Assembly: GCA_023269085.1 (NCBI GenBank)
Contig: JAHFML010000001.1
Location: 256,356 to 307,295, forward strand
Length of the DNA stretch: 50,940 nt
From: a bacterium
Lineage (GTDB): Bacteria > Patescibacteriota > Minisyncoccia > Phycocordibacterales > Phycocordibacteraceae
Reading direction: 5' to 3'
The translations under genes were made by a program, and so were the position numbers. The notes under the pieces were generated by a model that saw only the letters and a list, made by a program, of their open reading frames with translations, did not search any database and was not told where the DNA came from. Below, piece after piece: positions 6,162 to 15,550 of the stretch. The stretch's first letter is position 1, and each line of letters opens with the position of its first letter.

Positions 6162-8324
6162 ATGACAACCAGAAAACACGGGAGAAATCTGTTCCTCTCT
6201 TCACTTCTCGTTCTTGCGGGCATCGGCTTCATCGCACTCGGCGGCATCATCATCGCGGTCGCCGTCTCACCGGTCCCTGATATAAGCTCCTTCGCGTCAC
6301 GCCAAGTTGATCAATCAACGAAGATCTACGACCGAACCGGCCAAGTGCTCCTCTATGACTACAACCGCGACGCGAAGCGTGATGTTGTTGCCCTTGGTGA
6401 CATGTCGCCGAATATCATCCAGGCCTCTATCGCTATCGAAGATTCAAGTTTCTATGAACATGGCGGTATTCGGTTTACATCGATTATTCGTGCGATGATG
6501 GTCGACGCACTCGGTGGTGCGATCGCACAAGGCGGGTCGACAATCACCCAGCAGGTAGTGAAGAATACGCTCCTCACGAACGAGAAGAGTATTACGCGCA
6601 AAATCCATGAGTGGATGCTTGCAATCAAGCTTGAACAGATTTATTCGAAAGATCAGATTCTCGAAACATATCTGAACAATATCCCCTACGGCGGCACGCT
6701 CTATGGCGTCGAGGCGGCATCTGAGGCGTACTTCGGCGTCTCGGCGAAGGATCTCACGCTCCCCGAAGCGGCCTATCTCGCAGCGATGACACAAGCTCCT
6801 TCTTATTACTCACCGAACGGTACGCACCGCGCCTTACTTGATGCTCGGAAGAATCTCGTGCTCGAACGCATGCACACGCTCGGCTTTATCAAGGACGATG
6901 TATACGCCGCGGCAAAAGCTGAAAAGGTTCTTTTTGCTCCTGCAAGTCGGAATGCGATCATCGCGCCTCATTTCGTCTTTTACATTCTCGATCAATTGAA
7001 GACTTTCTACGGCCCACAAGCGCTCACCACCGGGCTCAAGGTGACTACCACGCTCGACGCGGATCTCCAGGTCCACGCCGAATCAACGCTCAATACTTAC
7101 GCGAAAGAGAATCAGAAGAATTTCAACGCATCGAATGACGCCCTCGTCGCTATCGACCCCCCGACGGGGCAAATCCTCGCCATGGTCGGCTCGCGAGATT
7201 TCTTCGACACGACTATTGATGGGCAATACAACGCTTCCCTCTCGCTCCGCCAACCAGGATCGACGATGAAGCCGTTTATCTATTCTCTCGCGCTCTCGCG
7301 CGGCTACACGCGCGATACGGTCGTCTTCGACGTTCCGACTCAATTCTCTACCTCTTGTCGTCCGCAAGAGGTTACGAATAGCACCCCTCCCTGTTATGCA
7401 CCCGGCAACTTCGACGGCACCTTCCGCGGACCGATGACTTTTGAAACAGCGCTCGCTCAATCAATCAATATTCCAGCTATCAAGACGCTCTATCTCGTCG
7501 GCGTGCAGAATGCCGTCGCCTTTGCAAAATCATTCGGACTCTCTTCGCTCGGCGATGCTTCGCAGTATGGTCTCACTATCGTGCTCGGCGGCGGCGAAGT
7601 GCGTCTGCTTGATCTCACGAACGCGTATGCCACCTTCGCGAATGACGGCGTCAAGAATGCGGCGACCGGTATCCTCGAGGTTGCCGATGCTCAAGGGAAC
7701 GTTCTTGCGCATTACACATCTGATCAATCCAGCGTCGTGCCGATGAATATCGCCCGAGACATGTCCGCAATGCTCTCTGACGCGCCCGCTCGCGTGCCTG
7801 AATATGATTTGAATTCTCCACTCTCTTTTGCTAATTATGATGTCGCCGTCAAGACTGGTACAACCGATGATACGCGCGACGCGTGGGTTGTCGGATACAG
7901 CCCTTCGATCGCTATCGGCGTCTGGGCCGGCAATAACGACAACTCACCGATGGTGAAGTCTATCGCCGGCTTCATCGCCGCGCCGATGTGGCATGAGGTC
8001 ATGGCCTATGCGCTCTCGAAATATCCGAAGACCTACTTCGGCGAACCGAATCAAATCTCAGCAACCATTCCTCCTATCCTGCAAGGCAACTGGCGAGTGC
8101 CCGATAGCCAAGGCGCTATTCTCCCACACTCTCTTCTCTATTGGACGGATAAAAATAATCCTCAAGGCTCCACTCCCCCCACGGCGATTCAAGACTCGCA
8201 ATATGCCTATTGGGAGTACGGAATTTCGGCATACTACAGCGCTCATCCAGAACTCTTCACGAATCCCCCGCTCATGGTCCCTCTCACTTTCACTGCAATG
8301 GTTTCGACAACAACGGTGCAATAA
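6162..8324 (+). CDS. class A penicillin-binding protein (PBP1A family; glycosyltransferase plus transpeptidase)
   Basis: N-terminal TM helix; GT51 motifs IAIEDSSFYEHGGI and GGSTITQQVVKN; transpeptidase STMK, and KTGTT. 720 aa. Confidence 0.9.
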   Translation: MTTRKHGRNLFLSSLLVLAGIGFIALGGIIIAVAVSPVPDISSFASRQVDQSTKIYDRTGQVLLYDYNRDAKRDVVALGDMSPNIIQASIAIEDSSFYEHGGIRFTSIIRAMMVDALGGAIAQGGSTITQQVVKNTLLTNEKSITRKIHEWMLAIKLEQIYSKDQILETYLNNIPYGGTLYGVEAASEAYFGVSAKDLTLPEAAYLAAMTQAPSYYSPNGTHRALLDARKNLVLERMHTLGFIKDDVYAAAKAEKVLFAPASRNAIIAPHFVFYILDQLKTFYGPQALTTGLKVTTTLDADLQVHAESTLNTYAKENQKNFNASNDALVAIDPPTGQILAMVGSRDFFDTTIDGQYNASLSLRQPGSTMKPFIYSLALSRGYTRDTVVFDVPTQFSTSCRPQEVTNSTPPCYAPGNFDGTFRGPMTFETALAQSINIPAIKTLYLVGVQNAVAFAKSFGLSSLGDASQYGLTIVLGGGEVRLLDLTNAYATFANDGVKNAATGILEVADAQGNVLAHYTSDQSSVVPMNIARDMSAMLSDAPARVPEYDLNSPLSFANYDVAVKTGTTDDTRDAWVVGYSPSIAIGVWAGNNDNSPMVKSIAGFIAAPMWHEVMAYALSKYPKTYFGEPNQISATIPPILQGNWRVPDSQGAILPHSLLYWTDKNNPQGSTPPTAIQDSQYAYWEYGISAYYSAHPELFTNPPLMVPLTFTAMVSTTTVQ

Positions 8325-9425
8325 TTATTGATTCATCGGGGAGACGAGATAGAGGAGTGAGGTATCGTTCATTCCGCGAATAATGAGTGGCCGGCCGATG
8401 CCTGCGGCCGTGAGCGAAATACTCTCTGCTTGCGTGAGGCCGAGCACCGCCGAGAGATAGCGATGATTGAATGAGAGCTCGAGCGCGCTCCCTGACACGC
8501 GCGCGGGCAATGTCTCGTTCGACTCGCCAATGTCGGCATTCTTCGCGAAGAATGCGAAGTTATTCTTTTTCGGATCGAAGCTGATGCGAATTTTCTGGAA
8601 TGTGTCGGAGAAGATTGTCGAACGCTTAAGCGCTGATTCAAAATCTTTCCGTAAAACGACCGCTTCGACGATAGACTCTTTCGGAATTATCTGTCGATAA
8701 TCGGGGTACACGGCGTTCGTCAGCCGCGAGACGAGCATACCCTTCTCACTCACGAAGGCGCATTGATGTTCGTCGAAGGAAACAATAATTTCGTCGTCGC
8801 TCAAGGCTTGGGCTATTTCGAGCGCGTTCTTCGCTGGGATGAGGAACTTCCCTTGCGTACCGCTGTTCGAGAGCGGTACTTTCTTCTCGGCGAGCCGGAA
8901 CGAGTCGGTCGCGACGGCCGTCAGCACACCGCCTTCGATAGCGAGATAAATGCTCGCGAGCTCCGGCCGTACCGTCGAGTTCGACGCACAAGAAGCAATG
9001 GCGGTAAAAAGATTCTTTAGGAGCACACCCGGGACAATAATGCGGTTCTTGGGGTTCTCGGGGAATGGTATCGAGGGGAAGTCGGCATACGGCACAGTCT
9101 TGATCGAGCTCTTGCCGGTACCGCTCGTTATTGTGACGATATCGCCGGTATGTTCGAGAGAAATCTTCCCTTCTCCAGTGAGCGAGCTCGCTATCTGTTG
9201 GAGAATGACTGCCGGTATAGCGACAACTCCTTCGCTCACCACCTCACCCGAGAGCTTCAGATCGATGCCTGTTTCGAGATTCGTCGCACGCAGTTTGATA
9301 CCATCATCGCCGGTGATGATAAGGATCGACGAGAGCGCCGCAAGCGTCGCACTCTTCCTCTCGGCGAAGCGTGCCGCGATATGCACCGTTTCAGAGAATT
9401 CTTTCTTTTCTATTTTGATATGCAT
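8325..9425 (-). CDS. dnaN: DNA polymerase III beta sliding clamp
   Basis: MHIKIEKKEFSETVHIAARFAERKS.., three-domain length (366 aa), directly downstream of dnaA. AAGGA lies 5 nt before ATG 9425. The stop abuts the PBP1A stop. Confidence 0.88.
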   Translation of the reverse strand: MHIKIEKKEFSETVHIAARFAERKSATLAALSSILIITGDDGIKLRATNLETGIDLKLSGEVVSEGVVAIPAVILQQIASSLTGEGKISLEHTGDIVTITSGTGKSSIKTVPYADFPSIPFPENPKNRIIVPGVLLKNLFTAIASCASNSTVRPELASIYLAIEGGVLTAVATDSFRLAEKKVPLSNSGTQGKFLIPAKNALEIAQALSDDEIIVSFDEHQCAFVSEKGMLVSRLTNAVYPDYRQIIPKESIVEAVVLRKDFESALKRSTIFSDTFQKIRISFDPKKNNFAFFAKNADIGESNETLPARVSGSALELSFNHRYLSAVLGLTQAESISLTAAGIGRPLIIRGMNDTSLLYLVSPMNQ

Positions 9426-9539
9426 ACGAATCCTTATTAGGGGTGGTGATACCGTGGATAAGTCAGAATAATGAGGCACTAGCACACTTTCTCCGCACTA
9501 CGCCCGCCCAAGAACCTGGTGATAACCATCTAGGAAACA

Positions 9540-10889
9540 TCATACAAGAAGCGTGCGGATATCTTGAATATCTTTTGCTAACTCGCTATCCCCAAGTACT
9601 TCACGCTTTATCTTCTCACAAGAGTGGATAACCGTCGTGTGGTCGCGACCGCCGAGTTTCGTGCCGATGGTCGGGTACGAGATATTGAAGTCTTCACGCA
9701 GGAGGTACATGATGATTTGCCGTGGCCGGACCACCTCTCTGCGACGCGTCTTCTCATAGATACTGTCTTCGTCGATGCCGTAGAATTCTGCGACCTTATC
9801 GACTATATTCTTCACCGACACATTCTTCTGCGGCCGCGTGAAGGATCTGAGCGAATTGCGTACCTCGGCGATATCCGGCGTACCGCCCTTCGCTTGCGTG
9901 TGGCAGACGATATTATTCACCATCCCTTCAATCTCGCGTATCGAGCCTGAAAGCGTCGTGGCTATATACTCGACGACCTCATTAGTGAGCATTATGCCAT
10001 GCAGAGCAGCCTTCTTCCGCACGATAGCCATGCGTGATTCTATGTCTGGTTCGCCAATGTCGATCGACATACCGCTCGCGAGCCGGCTCTTCAAGCGGTC
10101 GAAGATATCAGGGATAGCGATCGGCGGCCTATCCGACGAGAAGATAATCTGCTTGTTCGTATCATGAAGCGTATTGAAGAGGTGGAAGAGTTCCTCCTGC
10201 GTCTTATCTTTCTTCGAAAGGAACTGAATATCGTCCATGATAAGCAGATCATATTGCCGATATTTATCCTTGAAGCGATTTGCGGTACCGGCTTGAAGCG
10301 AATCGGTAAAATCTACAGTGAATTTTTCTGAGGTGAGATAGAAGACTTTCCGTCCTGGGTACTGCTTCTTGAATTGGTTCCCGATAGCTTGAATAAGATG
10401 GGTCTTCCCTCTCCCTGTCTCCCCATAGATGAAGAGCGGATTGTAGGTGATGCCGGGCCGCTCGAGCGCCGCTTGCGCGGCCGCATAGGCGAGATTATTG
10501 AAAGAGCCGATGACGAAGGTGTCGAAGGTATAGCGCGGGTTCAGATTATCGCTCTTGTTGATATAGAAATCTTCAAGCGGGAGCTCGAGCGCGCCGCGCG
10601 TATTCTTGTTCTCGCGCGGCGGCTTTCGATGGTCATCCTTCACGATGACATACTCGATATTGCGGAATTCATACGAGACTTCCCGTACTATCTTTAAGAG
10701 AAGCGTGTTGAACTTCTTGATATACCAATCTTTGAAGAATTGGCTTGGAACGGCGAGATAGACGACCCCGTCGTCTATCTTGGTTATGAAGCTGTTACGG
10801 AACCAGGTGTTGAAATTTGCGGGAGATATGGAGAGCTCGACTTGCGTGAGGATATGTTCCCAAAGCTCTTTCAAGTTTCCTTTATCCAT
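9540..10889 (-). CDS. dnaA: chromosomal replication initiator DnaA
   Basis: LWEHILTQVELSISPANFNTWF, Walker A GETGRGKTHL, Walker B LLIMDDIQF, C-terminal domain IV ..GGRDHTTVIHSCEKI. 449 aa. Confidence 0.95.
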   Translation of the reverse strand: MDKGNLKELWEHILTQVELSISPANFNTWFRNSFITKIDDGVVYLAVPSQFFKDWYIKKFNTLLLKIVREVSYEFRNIEYVIVKDDHRKPPRENKNTRGALELPLEDFYINKSDNLNPRYTFDTFVIGSFNNLAYAAAQAALERPGITYNPLFIYGETGRGKTHLIQAIGNQFKKQYPGRKVFYLTSEKFTVDFTDSLQAGTANRFKDKYRQYDLLIMDDIQFLSKKDKTQEELFHLFNTLHDTNKQIIFSSDRPPIAIPDIFDRLKSRLASGMSIDIGEPDIESRMAIVRKKAALHGIMLTNEVVEYIATTLSGSIREIEGMVNNIVCHTQAKGGTPDIAEVRNSLRSFTRPQKNVSVKNIVDKVAEFYGIDEDSIYEKTRRREVVRPRQIIMYLLREDFNISYPTIGTKLGGRDHTTVIHSCEKIKREVLGDSELAKDIQDIRTLLV

Positions 10890-10897
10890 GTACTCCG

Positions 10898-10903
10898 AGT
10901 ATA
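10898..10903 (-). promoter_or_regulatory. TATACT -10-like hexamer, 8 nt before dnaA ATG 10889
   Basis: Plus strand reads agtata. No SD between the hexamer and the start. Confidence 0.4.
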
Positions 10904-10984
10904 CGCTGATTCAAAAATGCGTGCACACTGGCATTTCGGTGAGAACCTGTTAGTATCATGGGTATACCTTAATTTCCATAGCGT

Positions 10985-11128
10985 ATGGCCACGAAACGAA
11001 CCTATCAACCGAAGAAGAAGAAGCGCGCGACCACACACGGCTTCCTCGCGCGTACCGAGACCGCCTCGGGCCGCAAGATAATCCAGAAGCGCCGCCGCGT
11101 CGGCCGAGCGAAGCTCACGGTCGTCTAA
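10985..11128 (+). CDS. rpmH: 50S ribosomal protein L34
   Basis: [47 protein letters not shown] (47 aa; below the ORF-track cutoff). Canonical position divergent from dnaA. Confidence 0.92.
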   Translation: MATKRTYQPKKKKRATTHGFLARTETASGRKIIQKRRRVGRAKLTVV

Positions 11129-11133
11129 TAACC

Positions 11134-11454
11134 GTGTTTGCGCGCCGCGAGAGGCTCGATCGTGCAAATTTCGAAACGGTTCTCTCGAGGGGGAAGCGGA
11201 TTGCTTCAGCGCATTTCAGCGTGGTCGCCTCGAACGAAGCACGGGGGTACGCGGTTGTGGTGCCGAAAAAGGTCGTGCGGCTCTCGGTTGCTCGCCATAA
11301 GGCGAAGCGCCGAGTCCTCGAGGCGCTGAGGGCTCTTCCCCTTTCCCCCTCCTGTATCGTATTCGTCCGCGCGTCAGTAGCCGATATGGCATATCGCGAT
11401 ATTGAGGTAGAATTGAAAAATGATATCGACCTTCTTTCACGCCGTTTTCTATAA
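11134..11454 (+). CDS. rnpA: ribonuclease P protein component
   Basis: GTG start. ..RLDRANFETVLSRGKRIASAHFSVV..VVPKKVVRLSVARHKAKRRVLEAL. Sits between rpmH and yidC. Confidence 0.85.
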   Translation: MFARRERLDRANFETVLSRGKRIASAHFSVVASNEARGYAVVVPKKVVRLSVARHKAKRRVLEALRALPLSPSCIVFVRASVADMAYRDIEVELKNDIDLLSRRFL

Positions 11455-12163
11455 TCCGATCTATAACGCGCTCGTCGCGCTCGTCGCGCTCGTGCCGGGC
11501 TCTGACGTGGGTATCGCCGTCATCCTCATCACGCTCGTGATACGGCTCATCCTGCTCCCCTTCTCCCTCTCGGCGGCGCGCACCCAGCGCGCGATGAAGC
11601 TCCTCGAGCCGAAGATTAAAGATTTGAAGGAGAAACATAAAGACAACAAAGAACGTGAAGCGATAGAGACGCTCGAACTCTACAAAGCGGCAGAAGTGAA
11701 TCCCTTCGCGAGTATTCTTGTCGCTTTCATCCAGATCCCAGTCCTCCTCGCGCTCTATTGGGTCTTCATCTATGAACCTTTTTCAGCCATCAATACCGCG
11801 CGGCTCTATACCTTCACACCCGTACCGCACGCCGTGTCGCTCCTCTTCCTCGGCGTCATCTCAGTCGCGAGCAAGAGTATGGTGCTCGCCGTCATCGCGG
11901 GTATAACGCAATACATTCAGGCGCATATGGCGCTCAAGGGCACCATGAACCCGTCAAACGGCGGCCCCGGAGGCAGCTTCCAGCAGGTTATCGGTATGCA
12001 GCTCAAATATGTCTTCCCTTTTCTTATTGCTGTTATCTCCTATACCACCTCGGCGGCCATCGCGCTCTACTTCATCACGACCAACCTTGCCGGTGCCGCC
12101 CAAGAGTGGCATGTCCGCCGCGTCATCGCGCGCGAGACGCACGAGTTGGAGCAGATGGCATAA
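11420..12163 (+). CDS. yidC: YidC/Oxa1-family membrane protein insertase (short form)
   Basis: GIAVILITLVIRLILLPFSLSAARTQRAMKLLEPKIKDLKEKHKDNKER.. and five hydrophobic segments. Overlaps rnpA by 35 nt. Confidence 0.9.
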   Translation: MISTFFHAVFYNPIYNALVALVALVPGSDVGIAVILITLVIRLILLPFSLSAARTQRAMKLLEPKIKDLKEKHKDNKEREAIETLELYKAAEVNPFASILVAFIQIPVLLALYWVFIYEPFSAINTARLYTFTPVPHAVSLLFLGVISVASKSMVLAVIAGITQYIQAHMALKGTMNPSNGGPGGSFQQVIGMQLKYVFPFLIAVISYTTSAAIALYFITTNLAGAAQEWHVRRVIARETHELEQMA

Positions 12164-12166
12164 TCG

Positions 12167-12187
12167 TGGACATCCGATGTCCAAGTT
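12167..12187. repeat. second copy of the 21-nt palindromic motif tggacatccgatgtccaagtt
   Basis: Exact match to the reverse complement of 27..47. Located 4 nt after the yidC stop. Confidence 0.85.
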
Positions 12188-12188
12188 G

Positions 12189-12215
12189 ACGGCGGGACTT
12201 GTTCCGCCGTTTTTA
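12189..12215 (+). terminator. intrinsic terminator after yidC
   Basis: acggcgg gacttgtt ccgccgt followed by TTTTa. Confidence 0.65.
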
Positions 12216-12304
12216 TGCAAGAACGGTACGAATACTTTCGGTAAGTTTAGTTTGTACTTCGACGAGACTAACCCCATTCCCTTCGGTAAAAGCTATATGC
12301 TCCT

Positions 12305-12604
12305 CTATCCAAAACACCAGTCCCGAAAAACATAAGCATTTGAAAAGCGCCCCTTGAGTTCGGGAGTTACGCCGAAGATAAGGGACCAAAGCGCGAGCGA
12401 GCGCTTGTCCCAGCGCCCCGGGAGCGGCTTCTCGACTACCGTGGCGATGGTCGATGCGTCATAGGTAGCGAAGAGCCAATCAGTCGCTGCTCTCGTACCG
12501 TGGTTGAGGACATTGGTGATGATGAGCGTCGCGTCACGATCGCGATCAAGCGATTCTGGATCGTATGACCAGAGGCAGGCGCGGACAAGAGGAGGCATAT
12601 TCAT
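12305..12604 (-). CDS. conserved hypothetical protein (99 aa)
   Basis: CLWSYDPESLDRDRDATLIITNVLNHGTRAATDWLFATY.. resembles a small domain family that I recall but cannot name with certainty. Has its own TGGTATAAT promoter. Confidence 0.55.
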   Translation of the reverse strand: MNMPPLVRACLWSYDPESLDRDRDATLIITNVLNHGTRAATDWLFATYDASTIATVVEKPLPGRWDKRSLALWSLIFGVTPELKGRFSNAYVFRDWCFG

Positions 12605-12610
12605 ACCTCG

Positions 12611-12619
12611 ATTATACCA
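12611..12619 (-). promoter_or_regulatory. consensus extended -10 TGGTATAAT, 6 nt before ATG 12604
   Basis: Plus strand reads attatacca. Confidence 0.55.
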
Positions 12620-12623
12620 TAAT

Positions 12624-13862
12624 TTAGAGCGAGTAGGCCCAGAGGGAGCGGTCGTTCTTGTTCACGAAGACGAGGGTGGTGCCGTTCGGGTCGACGGCGA
12701 GCGCGGTCGCGTCGAGGGCGCCTTTATTCGCTTGAGAGAAGTCGAGCACCATCTCGGCATAGCGGCTCGCGACATTCACCTTCCAGATCCTATCCGAGAA
12801 TGAGACGGCGCCTTGGTACCAGTCGTCAGGATACGCGAAGCTCGTGGGAGGGCTCATCGGCACGCCACAGTAGACGGCGGAGCTGTCGGCGGCCCAGACG
12901 CATTTGTCGGTGATGGTCCCTATCGGGAGCGCCGTGACCTCGCCGGTCGCGGCGTTCACGAGCTCGGTGCGGAGCGTGCTCGTGTTCGAGGTGTAGCTCA
13001 CGAGCACCCACGCTCCCGAGGGGCTCCCGAGGGCTGTGAGGCCGCTCAGCGGGCCCGCAATGCTCGAGAAGCGACCGAGACTATTCACCACATAGGCATT
13101 GCCTAGAAGCGTCGCTGAGGGCTTCGAGAAGGCGAGGTACTGATTCTTCCCCAAGAATGAGACGCGCACGGCGTTTAGCGGTGTGGTGAAGGCAGGGGTC
13201 GCCTTGGTGCCGTCAACATGGATCAATGAAACGGTAGAACGAAGACCGCTCGAGACCACGGTGAGGATCTGGGTCGGCGAGACGGCGATACCAGAGAGAT
13301 TCTGGGTGAGGAAGAAGCCCGCAGAGCTCGAGGAGGCGAGGGCGTAGGTGTTCACGGTCGAGAAGTCAGCGCCCGAGAGATACTGGACGAGCGCGCTTGA
13401 GCCGTCGGGGAGCCAGAGCGCCGACTGGAGGCCGGGGATCGTCTTGTTGTTGATGCGGGTGAGCACTTTGTCGGTCGCCGAATAGGAGAAGACATTGCCG
13501 CTCTCTCGTTCGAGATATTGGACCGAGACTTTTGAGGGGGTCGTCGTTGCGCCCTTCACCTTCACGACCTTGCTATCGAGGACGATCTCGCCCGGGACGA
13601 CCGGCCCCGCGCTTATCTGCACCAAACGGTTCGTTATGACGGTGGGGACGCCGGGCGTGGCGGTTGCTGCCGAGCCTGACCCGCCATTTTTTCCACCTCC
13701 GGTGCCAGAAGCACCCGTCTGCCCCGCTATGGGGAATTGTGAAGAGGGCGTGCCGCTCTGCCCCGTCGGCGACTTTGGGTTCAAGAAGAACATGATATAG
13801 ACCCCCGCCGCGATGGCGAGGATCACGAGGGCGACAGTGGCGATGATGAGTGTTCGGCGCAT
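12624..13862 (-). CDS. membrane-anchored extracellular protein, repeat-rich/beta-rich (last gene of the T4SS-like operon)
   Basis: Start MRRTLIIATVALVILAIAAGVYIMFF (TM anchor) lies 9 nt after the upstream stop, followed by a Gly/Ser/Thr-rich linker and about 330 aa rich in beta-strand-type residues. No catalytic motif seen. Confidence 0.65.
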   Translation of the reverse strand: MRRTLIIATVALVILAIAAGVYIMFFLNPKSPTGQSGTPSSQFPIAGQTGASGTGGGKNGGSGSAATATPGVPTVITNRLVQISAGPVVPGEIVLDSKVVKVKGATTTPSKVSVQYLERESGNVFSYSATDKVLTRINNKTIPGLQSALWLPDGSSALVQYLSGADFSTVNTYALASSSSAGFFLTQNLSGIAVSPTQILTVVSSGLRSTVSLIHVDGTKATPAFTTPLNAVRVSFLGKNQYLAFSKPSATLLGNAYVVNSLGRFSSIAGPLSGLTALGSPSGAWVLVSYTSNTSTLRTELVNAATGEVTALPIGTITDKCVWAADSSAVYCGVPMSPPTSFAYPDDWYQGAVSFSDRIWKVNVASRYAEMVLDFSQANKGALDATALAVDPNGTTLVFVNKNDRSLWAYSL

Positions 13863-13870
13863 AGGTATTG

Positions 13871-14494
13871 TTATTGTTGTTGGGGGCATTCCCCGTTTAC
13901 TGCACCTCCGTCCTTCTTGGCAGTACTCGTACAAGCGGCCGCACTGGTAAAGCATATCCATTTAGTATCCTTTGGAGCACCAGTTACCGCATCCGTGCCA
14001 GCCGAGTGCAAGTAACAGAACTGTCCAGAAGGAAGTTTTGGCGTTTGTGTAGGATTTGCGGCGCTTGGAGCGTATGCAGTGCCGGTTTCTACTGGGGCAG
14101 CGGGTGTAAATGTATTGAGCTTCGGGAGATTGAGCGAGAGGTTGAGGATACTTGGGTTGATGATAGAGAAGACGAGATAGGGCGAGAGGACGAGGACAAG
14201 GCCGAAGAGCGCCTCTTGGATACGCTCCTTGCCGGCGCCCTTCGCGCTTATCGAGTCTTGTGTCGCATACTCGAACCCGCCCCAGATGATCATGATGATA
14301 GCGGCTATGGCCGCGAAGCCGATGAGGTAGAGGTAGAGATTGTTGAAGAAGTCAGCAAGCGAAGTCGAATTGATAACACTCCTGCCATTGTCACTAGTGA
14401 GGCCGGGGATCGGCGCGAGCGGGGTGAAGCCTTCAGCGAGCGCGCGCGGCGCCGCGATGAGGCTCACGAGTGCGCCGAAGAAGAGATTTTTCAT
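13871..14494 (-). CDS. VirB2/TrbC-like T4SS pilin-type protein with Cys-rich C-terminal extension
   Basis: Signal peptide MKNLFFGALVSLIAAPRALA, then two hydrophobic helices (LYLYLIGFAAIAAIIMIIWGG; ALFGLVLVLSPYLVFSII). Start overlaps the upstream stop (ATGA). Confidence 0.6.
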   Translation of the reverse strand: MKNLFFGALVSLIAAPRALAEGFTPLAPIPGLTSDNGRSVINSTSLADFFNNLYLYLIGFAAIAAIIMIIWGGFEYATQDSISAKGAGKERIQEALFGLVLVLSPYLVFSIINPSILNLSLNLPKLNTFTPAAPVETGTAYAPSAANPTQTPKLPSGQFCYLHSAGTDAVTGAPKDTKWICFTSAAACTSTAKKDGGAVNGECPQQQ

Positions 14495-15522
14495 AGGCCG
14501 AAGAGGTTACTGCTCGGCTTCGCGCCGAAGGTTATCGAGAGGTCGGCTGAGTCCTCGGTCGTGTCGCCCGCCGCGGCGTTGACCGAGAGCGCGGCGCTCC
14601 CCTGCCCGGTGCCGACCGGGCGGAGCGTTATCGAGTTGCCGGCCTGTGCCGTGACACCATCCAGAGTCCACTGGATTTTTGGCATCTTGCCGAGAATCGG
14701 GAAGGAGTAGGGTGCGGCGAAGAGACTCGACTCTCTTGACCCGACGGTATATGAAGTCGAGAGTGCATGATCAAAGAGGATGCCGAGGAGCGGGTCTTGC
14801 TCGTAGACGCGCACGACAGGGTCAGTTGGCTCTATGCTGAGCGAGCCGCCGCCGACCAAATAGCCGTTCTGATCTTGGACGGAGACAGAGACCGCGCGCG
14901 CGCGATACTGGAGCGGCGAGGCGACAAGGATACTGCTCTTGCCGATACCCGAGCTGTTCGCGATCTGGGTATTGTCGACGGTCCACGCGTAAGAGAGTGT
15001 CGATGGATCAAGTGTTCTCCCGCCGGCGTCTTTGAAATTTGCCACAGCGACGACGCGGGTGTTCCCCTCAAGCGGGATAAGCGGCTTGCCGAGATACAAG
15101 GGTGGCGCTGACGCGACCGGCTCGGCGATGAGCGAGACATCCTGCGGTTGGATCACGACAGACTTCTTATAGACCGATCCTGCCGAGGAGATCGTTAAGG
15201 TGACATTCGTAACGCTACCGCCCTTCCCGAGCTGGACAAACATCGGTACGACACTGCCTTTGTAAATCTGTTTGCCGTTTTGCGTAGCGGTAAGCGTCGC
15301 GTTATTGAGGTCGAGCGAGGCAGAGAGCAGGGAGATAGAAACTTGGCTCCCCGGCGTCGGATATTGCGGGTCGACGCTAATAGTGAATGGATCAGACGCG
15401 GCGATAGAAGCGTCGAGCGACGAGACGTCAATCGTCGGGATCGCAGGGAGACCTGTTTGAGCAGATGTCAGCGATGGGAACAGCAAAACAAGAGAGAGAG
15501 CGGTGGCGAAATAGAAGCGCAT
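14491..15522 (-). CDS. secreted protein of unknown function (343 aa)
   Basis: Start MRFYFATALSLVLLFPSLTSAQ is a signal peptide. The mature part is Ser/Thr/Val-rich and Ig-like in composition. Translationally coupled to the pilin gene. Confidence 0.65.
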   Translation of the reverse strand: MRFYFATALSLVLLFPSLTSAQTGLPAIPTIDVSSLDASIAASDPFTISVDPQYPTPGSQVSISLLSASLDLNNATLTATQNGKQIYKGSVVPMFVQLGKGGSVTNVTLTISSAGSVYKKSVVIQPQDVSLIAEPVASAPPLYLGKPLIPLEGNTRVVAVANFKDAGGRTLDPSTLSYAWTVDNTQIANSSGIGKSSILVASPLQYRARAVSVSVQDQNGYLVGGGSLSIEPTDPVVRVYEQDPLLGILFDHALSTSYTVGSRESSLFAAPYSFPILGKMPKIQWTLDGVTAQAGNSITLRPVGTGQGSAALSVNAAAGDTTEDSADLSITFGAKPSSNLFGL

Positions 15523-15550
15523 AGTGCCAGTATACAATGCTGGCGGCACA

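Noticed and set aside
13868-14710. 280-aa plus-strand ORF
   Set aside because: Antisense to the pilin-like and secreted-protein genes of the T4SS-like operon. No motifs, and the composition is Arg/Glu-rich.
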